NCBI GenBank assembly: GCA_963786105.1
Contig: CAWAXX010000019.1
Span: 1-35,253 of the forward strand
DNA from: Vulcanimicrobiota bacterium
GTDB taxonomy: Bacteria > Vulcanimicrobiota > Vulcanimicrobiia > Vulcanimicrobiales > Vulcanimicrobiaceae
Length of the DNA stretch: 35,253 nucleotides
Direction: 5' to 3'
In this document: in pieces, positions 29,081-35,253 of the stretch
Numbering within the stretch: the first letter of the stretch is position 1
Layout of the letters: every line of letters begins with the position of its first letter
Notes under the pieces: model-generated
Databases searched by the model: none
Told to the model about the DNA's origin: nothing
Seen by the model: only the letters and a program-made list of their open reading frames with translations
Position numbers and translations under genes: made by a program

Positions 29081-29638
29081 TCACACTTCCATTATCTCTT
29101 TTTCTTTGGCCACGACGAGCGCGTCGATCTCCTTGACGTACCGGTCGGTCAACTTCTGGAGCATTTCCTGCATGCGCTTGTTGTCGTCTTCGGTGATCTC
29201 GCTGCTCTTGAGCTGGGCCTTGATTTCGTCGTGCGCTTTGTGCCGGACGTTGCGAACCGCGATCTTGCCGTCTTCGGCTTTCTTCTTGACGACTTTCGCG
29301 AGGTCTTTGCGGCGCTCTTCGTTCAGCGGCGGAACGATCAGGCGAATGGCGGTTCCGTCGACGTTGGGCGTAAGCCCGAGATCGCTCTTTTCGATCGCCT
29401 TCTTGATCTCGCCGACGACGCTCTTATCGCACGCCGCGATCACTAGCGTCCGCGAGTCGGGAGCCGACACGCCGGCGACTTGCTTGAGGGGGACGGACTG
29501 GCCGTAGGCCTCGACGTGCAGCCGATCGAGCAGCGCCGGCGTCGCGCGGCCGGTGCGAATCGACGCGAAATCGGAGCGGGTGGCTTCGACGCACTTGGCC
29601 ATGCGCGACTCGACATCTTTGAAATACGGATCGCTCAT
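29081..29638 (-). CDS. frr: Ribosome recycling factor
   Basis: [32 protein letters not shown]. Confidence 0.97.
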   Translation of the reverse strand: MSDPYFKDVESRMAKCVEATRSDFASIRTGRATPALLDRLHVEAYGQSVPLKQVAGVSAPDSRTLVIAACDKSVVGEIKKAIEKSDLGLTPNVDGTAIRLIVPPLNEERRKDLAKVVKKKAEDGKIAVRNVRHKAHDEIKAQLKSSEITEDDNKRMQEMLQKLTDRYVKEIDALVVAKEKEIMEV

Positions 29639-30391
29639 CTACACGCTCCTGGCCACGCGGCCCCTGCCGCCTGCGCTCGACCGACGTACGTTCCGATCGC
29701 CTCGCCCCAGATGACGCGCCGGATGTTGTCGGGAACCGCCATGTCGAATACGATGATCGGCAGCGTGTTGTCCATGCAGAGCGCCATCGCCGTCGAGTCC
29801 ATCACGTCGAGCCCGCGCTGCAGCACTTCCATGTACTCCAGGCGCTCGAACCGCGTCGCAGTGGGATCCTTCTTCGGATCGGCGGAGTAGATGCCGTCGA
29901 CTTTGGTGGCCTTGAGAATCGCTTCGGCGTCGATTTCGACCGCACGCAGCGCCGCCGTCGTATCGGTCGTGAAGTACGGGTTGCCGGTTCCGGCGGCGAA
30001 GATCACGACGCGGCCCTTTTCCAGGTGACGGATCGCGCGCCGGCGGATGTACGGTTCGGCGATCTGATGCATCGCGATCGCGGTCTGCACGCGCGAAGGC
30101 ACGCCCATGCGCTCCAGCGCGTCCTGCAGCGCGAGCGCGTTGATCACGGTCGCCAGCATGCCCATGTAGTCGGCGGTCGCGCGGTCCATGCCGGCTTCTT
30201 CGTGGACTTTGCCGCGCCAGATGTTGCCGCCGCCGACGACGACGGCGACGGAAACCCCGGCCCGGCTGACTTCGGCGATCTGTTCGGCCATCGCGCGCGT
30301 CGTGGCGACGTCGACGCCGGTCTCGGCCCCGGCGAACGCTTCGCCGGAGATTTTGAGCAGGACGCGCGAGAAACGTGGCGGGCTCGGGCAC
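29635..30391 (-). CDS. pyrH: UMP kinase; frameshift near 30371
   Basis: [56 protein letters not shown]. Confidence 0.95.
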
Positions 30392-30406
30392 TCCTAGCGA
30401 ACCCCT

Positions 30407-31013
30407 CTACTCTCCCAAAGCGAACTTCGTGAATCGACGCACGCTGATCTTCTCGCCGAGCGCGCCGACCGCGCCGTTGATGAGATCGCCGACGCTGATC
30501 GCATCGTCTTTGACGAACGCCTGGTCGAGCAGACAGTGCTCCTCGTACCACTTGTTCAGCTTGCCTTCGACGATTCGTTCGGCGACCTCCGGCGGCTTGC
30601 CCGCCGGAACGTTCGCGCGGAACTCCTCCCGCGCCTCGTCGACGACCTCGCTGGGAACGCTCGCGATCGAGATACTGCGGCGACATCGCCGCGATGTGCA
30701 TCGCGATATCGCGGGTCAGGTCGGCGAACTTCGGGTTGCGCGCGACGAAGTCGGTCTCGCTGTTGACTTCGACGAGCACGCCGATCTTGCCGCCGGCGTG
30801 GATGTAGCTGGCGACGAGGCCTTCGTTGGCCGACCGCTCGGCCTTCTTCGCGGCCTGCGCCGCACCGCGCTCGATCAGCAGCGTCTTGGCCTTCTGGAAG
30901 TCGCCGGCGGCCTCGATGAGCGCCTTGCGGCAATCCATCATCGGCGCGCTCGTTTCTTCGCGGAGCGCTTTGATCTCGTCGGCGTTGGGTTGATATGACA
31001 TTGCGGTGGACAA
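30407..31013 (-). CDS. tsf: Elongation factor Ts (short, about 200-aa form); frameshifted near 30655
   Basis: [38 protein letters not shown], then LLDQAFVKD...[14 protein letters not shown]. Confidence 0.94.
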
Positions 31014-31027
31014 CAGTCTCTCCTTTG

Positions 31028-31814
31028 CTAAACGCTCGCAGCGGCCTCGGCTTCGGCCGCGTCGCCGGCGCTTCCTCGTCGAAGTCGGCGCTCGCCGGAC
31101 CGTCGTACTGGTTTTCGTCGTACGAGCTCTCGCTCTCGGTCCGGCCCTCGATGATGGCGTCGGCGATCTTGCCGACCATCAGCTTGACGGCGCGGATCGC
31201 GTCGTCGTTGCCCGGGATCGGATAGTCGATCTCGTCCGGATCGCAGTTGGTGTCGATCACCGCGATGATCGGAATCTTCAGCTTGCGCGCTTCGAGCACC
31301 GCGATGCGCTCTTTTTTCGGATCGACGATGAAGATCGCGTCGGGGAGGCGATGCATGTCTTTGATGCCGCCGAGGAAGCGCTCGAGCTTGTCCATCTCGT
31401 CTGCAGCTTCGCGACTTCCTTCTTAGGGAGCCGGTCGAAATCGCCCTGAGCCTTCATGTTCTCGAGCTCGCGCAGACGCGCGATGCGCTTCTGAATGGTC
31501 GAGAAGTTGGTCAGCGTGCCGCCGAGCCAGCGCTGGTTGACGAAGAACGTGCCGGCGCGCTCGGCCTCGTCGCGAACGACGTCCTGCGCTTGCTTCTTGG
31601 TGCCGACGAAGAGAATGACTTTGCCCTCGCGCGCCATCTGCTTGACGACTTCGTAGGTCTCGCGCAGCTTCTGCACGGTGAGCGCGAGGTCGATGATGTA
31701 GGTGCCGTTGCGCTCCTGGAAGATGAACGGCTTCATCTTCGGGTTCCAGCGACGGGTCTGGTGACCGAAGTGGACGCCTGCCTCCAAGAGTTCGCGCATG
31801 GTGACAACGGACAT
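31028..31814 (-). CDS. rpsB: 30S ribosomal protein S2; frameshifts near 31397 and 31060
   Basis: [56 protein letters not shown]. Confidence 0.97.
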
Positions 31815-31930
31815 GAGAATCTCCCTTCTGGCTCCCGGCCGCGAGCCATCCTGGCGTGCGGTCGTGTCGTGGAACCATAGACGCCCGGCCTCCATGCCGG
31901 GCGAAGTAAACGCCGCCCTTTGGGCGGCCG
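31815..31930 (-). promoter_or_regulatory. Structured rpsB 5' leader (putative S2 autoregulatory element)
   Basis: Three hairpins: gccgccc-ttt-gggcggc (31912-31928), cgcccggc-ctccat-gccgggcg (31882-31903), tggctc...gagcca (31829-31848). Confidence 0.55.
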
Positions 31931-31934
31931 CGAC

Positions 31935-31963
31935 AGTATACCACGGGCCCCCGCCGGGGTCCA
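31935..31963 (-). promoter_or_regulatory. Sigma70-type promoter of the rpsB operon (extended -10)
   Basis: TGGACC (31963-31958), 17-nt spacer, TGgTATACT (31943-31935), GC-rich discriminator. Confidence 0.65.
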
Positions 31964-32000
31964 CGCGGGTGCAGCCTCACGCGGATAGCCGCGGGATTTG

Positions 32001-32026
32001 GTGGGGCGAACACGGGTTCGCCCCAC
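32001..32026. terminator. Perfect 11-bp hairpin just downstream of sat (terminator-like or REP-like)
   Basis: gtggggcgaac-acgg-gttcgccccac; no strong U tract. Confidence 0.45.
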
Positions 32027-32033
32027 GCTTAGG

Positions 32034-33173
32034 TTAGGCCGAGGCGGCTTCCCGCGAGGCGTCGATGGAATTTGGGCAACCTCCGGTCGCGAGAACTCCG
32101 GCGGCGGCAGCTCTCCTGCGCGCAACATCTCGCGCACCGCCGTGCCGCTAAGCGAAACGTGGTTGGCGGGATCGTGGCTGCACGTCTTCTGCGACCCCAT
32201 CGATTGACAGCGGCGGCAGTAGAAGCTGTTTTCGAACTTGAGGGGCATGATGCCCAACTCTTCTGCCGTGAACTCGTCGAACAGCTTCTGTGCGTCGTAG
32301 GTTCCATGGTCGCTCCCCACGCCGGCGTGATCGCGCCCGACGATGAAGTGCGTGCAACCGTAGTTCTTGCGGATCATCGCGTGGAAAATCGCTTCGCGCG
32401 GACCGGCGTATCGCATTGCCGCCGGCAGCGTGCTCAGCACCACGCGATCGGCCGGATAGTAGTCTCCAGCAGCGTCCGGTAGCACCGCATGCGCACGTCT
32501 GCAGGAATGTCGTCACTCTTAGTTTCTCCGACGAGCGGATGAAGAAGCAATCCGTCGACGACCTCCATCGCACACTTCTGAATGTATTCGTGAGCGCGAT
32601 GCACCGGGTTGCGCGTTTGGAAGCCGACGATCGTTTTCCAACCGCGGCGTTCGAACTCGACGCGCGTCTCCATCGGCGAAAGACTCGCCGGATCGTGTTC
32701 GCGCGGGAGCACCCAGACGGGGCCACCGATGAGCACGTCTTTACGCTCGTAGAGCACGGCGACGCCCGGATGCTTTTGGTCTTCGGTTCGATCGACGTTT
32801 TGCGCTTCGCGCAGCTTATCGTGCTCGAATACTTCCTCAACGTCGATGACGCCGCGGAGTCCACCTTCCGTATCGACAGCGCCGCCCGGGAGACCGGGCT
32901 AGGCGCTTCTTCCCGATCGACCACCAGAACCACGGGGATGCTCCAAGGCGGCCCACCCGCCAGGCGCATCGACGTAACGACGTTGTCGTAATCCTCGAGT
33001 CATGAACCCGGTAAGCGGGCTGAAAGCGCCGGTTACCGATCATCGCGAGGTCTTCAGCTCGCGACCACTGACGTGAGGCTTCGAAGCCCTTTCGCTTCCT
33101 CGCGTAACGCCCGCTCGGCCTGCGGGGAGTTGACGGTGCGATTGATGAGCTTGCCGCCGTGAGGAGTGATCAT
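32034..33173 (-). CDS. sat: Sulfate adenylyltransferase (ATP sulfurylase); multiple frameshifts
   Basis: [78 protein letters not shown]...PPEFSRPEV. Confidence 0.92.
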
Positions 33174-33720
33174 CCGGCCGCCTTGACGTCCGCGCGCACG
33201 TGCCGCGTTTCTCGAGTTCCGTAAGGATTTTCGCCACGCTCTCTTCGACCGCTTCGAGCTCGCTGTCGACCGCGACGTCGGGTTTGCGGGACCTGGTTAG
33301 GATCAGAAACTCCGGTAAAGTGTTTCAGTTTTCGCCGGCGATGGCCTTCCGTACAGGCCCTTGACGTCGCGTCGCGTGAGTTCGTTCGAAGGACGGCGCA
33401 CGTAACCCCAACGAACCGGTAACCTGCAGATGGTCGGCCTGCTCGGCTCTGGCTTGCGCGTCCGGCGAGATCGCAGCGGTGATGACGGCGGCGCAGTGCT
33501 TGACGAGCAGCGAGGCCACGAACGAAATGCGCCCCGGATCTTCATGTAGCGGTCTTCGCGGCTGAATCCGAGCCCCTTCGAAAGATCGGGTGCGGACCTC
33601 GTCACCGTGGCGTACTCGTTTTGCAACCACGAGCGGTCGCTCTGGTGCGAGTAGTTCGGCGATGGTACTCTTGCCCGCGCCGGACAAACCGGTAAGCCAC
33701 ACGGTGAATCCCTGGTTCAA
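33170..33720 (-). CDS. cysC: Adenylyl-sulfate kinase; multiple frameshifts
   Basis: GFTVWLTGLSGAGKSTIA, LSKGLGFSREDR, RISFVASLL, AAISP, RRDVKGLY, EESVAKIL. Confidence 0.88.
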
Positions 33721-33799
33721 CGGAAGTTGTCCACTTCCTCGAAGTAGGGCTATCGGAGTCACAGATTCAAAACGCCTCGCTGGGCATCGACCCCGTCTA

Positions 33800-34640
33800 C
33801 ACCGACTCAGTACGTCGAGATCCAAATCGGTCGTATGTGGGCATCCGTTACGCTTGTAGGGACCTGAGCAGGTGCATTTTCCCTCAAGTTGCTGAATCCA
33901 TTCGAGCTGCAGCGTCTTGCTCAGGGGCACGAGGAAGCTGCCGGGCCTGAAGCGACGGACGCAGTAAGCAGCGGCGATCCGCGTGGTTGTTTTGTCGTTG
34001 AAGGGGTGGTTGGGCTGGCGGTGGGGCTTTTAGAAACCGTCTAAGACCCCTCACGGAAACCACCAAGACAACGCCTGCTCCCCATCTCCAGCCGGCCGAT
34101 GATCTACTATCCAATCGAAACGTTGTGTGCCGCGCCGGCATCCACGGTACGTCATGATCGTTTCCCGGCAGAGGTCGCGGTAGGTCCTCCACCTGCTAGG
34201 AAACAGCACGACTCTGGTCTGAAGGACATCGCCTACCTCGTTTGGGGACGGCGAGGGTGGGGTGGGCGGCGCGCTCAATCCGTACGAACGCTTCGCCGAG
34301 GGCGGCCGGATTCTCGTCGTTGGGGCGACGACCTCGTCCAGGACAACATCGCCCCCTATGTCCCGTCAGTTCAAACCGGAAGTTCGGCGCGCGCCTTCTG
34401 CTCGAGGAAGTGCCTGACCCGCAGCGATTCTGGGTGTCGCGGGTTGAGGACTCTGCGCCTCGTCTATCGATCGAGGAAGGCCCATGGGGCAAAGCTGGCT
34501 GTACCCGTACGCGGCCATTACATGTACGACTAGGCATCTTCGTTTTCATCCACAATGCGCACCTTGGGCGCGCGGGCGGCTGGAAATGGCGGATCACAAC
34601 AATCACTATGTAAACGGCGATGTCGTTCGACATCCTCCGA
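33800..34640 (-). other. Heavily corrupted coding region, possibly a GT2 (WbbL-like) glycosyltransferase
   Basis: Ordered motif fragments across frames: hydrophobic VYIVIV start, VLNP(x)DT (about 34434-34451), ED-x-DLCR (about 34165-34189), then MPARH; boundaries uncertain. Confidence 0.3.
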
Positions 34641-34733
34641 GGATGAGTGAAGCCGACACCGACAGTCGAAAACCTGCCGAACACCACCCGCTCATCGCCC
34701 AGGAGCGCGGCGTGCGCGTGAGAGGTTAGCCCC

Positions 34734-34964
34734 GTGTTCGTGCTTACCCGGAAGATCGATCAGTCGATCGCGATCGGCGACATTCGCATCGTCGTCGTCG
34801 GCATCGAGCACGATACGGTGAAGCTGGGCATCGTTTCGCCGCCCGAACTTGCCATCCGGCGCTCGTCGAACGCACGTCCTTCGACTATCCATCCTGGACG
34901 CGCCTCCGGCGCTCCGCTCGGGGTGGCACGCGCTTGCACCTCGGTCAGCGCCCATGCTGCTTGA
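34734..34964 (+). CDS. csrA: Carbon storage regulator CsrA/RsmA family RNA-binding protein
   Basis: MFVLTRKIDQSIAIGDIRIVVVGIEHDTVKLGIVSPPELAIRR aligns with the CsrA core; GAGAGG RBS; true C-terminus uncertain because it runs into a REP-like repeat. Confidence 0.78.
   Translation: MFVLTRKIDQSIAIGDIRIVVVGIEHDTVKLGIVSPPELAIRRSSNARPSTIHPGRASGAPLGVARACTSVSAHAA
34877..34929. repeat. REP-like element, copy 3
   Basis: tccttcgact...gctccgctcggggtggcac matches tccttcgact...gctccgctcaggatgac at 15771-15811. Confidence 0.65.
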
Positions 34965-35253
34965 CCGTAAAGTGCGCCGCGTGGAGACGCGCGTACGCGC
35001 CACCGCGTGCAAGCAACTCTTCGTGCGTGCCCGAGGTCGAGCGCCTGCCGCGTCGATAGGGAGCGCTTTGTCGGCGCGACGATGATGAAGAGGCGGTGCA
35101 CGATGATGGTGGCGGCTTCCATCCCGGCGGCCAGCGCGTTCGAGAGCCTGCTCGATCGTCGCCTCCGAGTCGCTATCTCCAGGCGCTGGCAGGCTCCTCC
35201 ACTCCAGGTCGAAATGCGCGGATCGCGCGGAACTGGCATCGCAATGGCGGTAC
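34945..35253 (-). CDS. C-terminal fragment of an ABC exporter ATP-binding domain (MsbA-like); frameshifted, partial
   Basis: Fragments RDPRI, SDSEATIEQALER, TIIV.HRL, RADK, GTHEELLARGGAYARLHAAHF. Confidence 0.75.

Noticed and set aside
29066..29083. Stop-codon readthrough or selenocysteine fusion of frr with the in-frame small ORF
   Set aside because: frr ends at its canonical KEIMEV terminus, I see no evident SECIS hairpin, and the small ORF has its own GTG.
27268..29084. Long N-terminal extensions on cdsA (441 aa) and uppS (322 aa)
   Set aside because: The extensions overlap upstream genes; GTGA-coupled starts at 28119 and 28853 give normal lengths.
26095..31814. Programmed frameshifting or genuine pseudogenes in rpsB, tsf, pyrH and dxr
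   Set aside because: These are essential genes with many scattered indels and no slippery-site pattern; sequencing error is the simpler explanation.
1..35253. CRISPR array, tRNA/rRNA, transposase or integrase
   Set aside because: No regularly spaced direct repeats, RNA gene signatures or recombinase motifs were seen by eye.

Overview
GC-rich bacterial chromosomal segment. The gene mix (TonB-dependent receptor, Amj flippase, short EF-Ts, eukaryote/archaea-type ProRS, copper-amine-oxidase N-terminal domain protein) suggests a diderm Terrabacteria lineage such as Ca. Eremiobacterota; this is inference only. Most genes are minus-strand housekeeping genes: glpX-lpd-like-nitrilase-nadE-sirC-cinA; proS-M16 peptidase-amj; rpsB-tsf-pyrH-frr-uppS-cdsA-dxr-rseP-ispG; cysC-sat. 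There is also a GT-C/GtrA glycosylation cluster, pduO, an APC permease and a csrA-like gene. Many essential genes carry single-base indels that get denser toward the right end, best explained as read/assembly errors. Two loci stand out. (1) 20671-23259 is a three-gene operon encoding a 308-aa protein, a degenerate ATP-grasp and an intact graspetide/RimK-type ATP-grasp. The 308-aa protein has no Lys in its first 229 residues, and its tail carries four KxxxE motifs, a coiled coil and an AFIxxEDRP end, making this a candidate protein lactam/isopeptide cross-linking system. (2) 15818-19039 encodes a His-containing membrane protein ending in an RGPP arrest-like motif 36 nt upstream of a TonB-dependent receptor gene, with a hairpin that would sequester the receptor's Shine-Dalgarno site, making this a candidate metal-sensing arrest-peptide switch. 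A REP-like palindrome family sits between convergent gene pairs.
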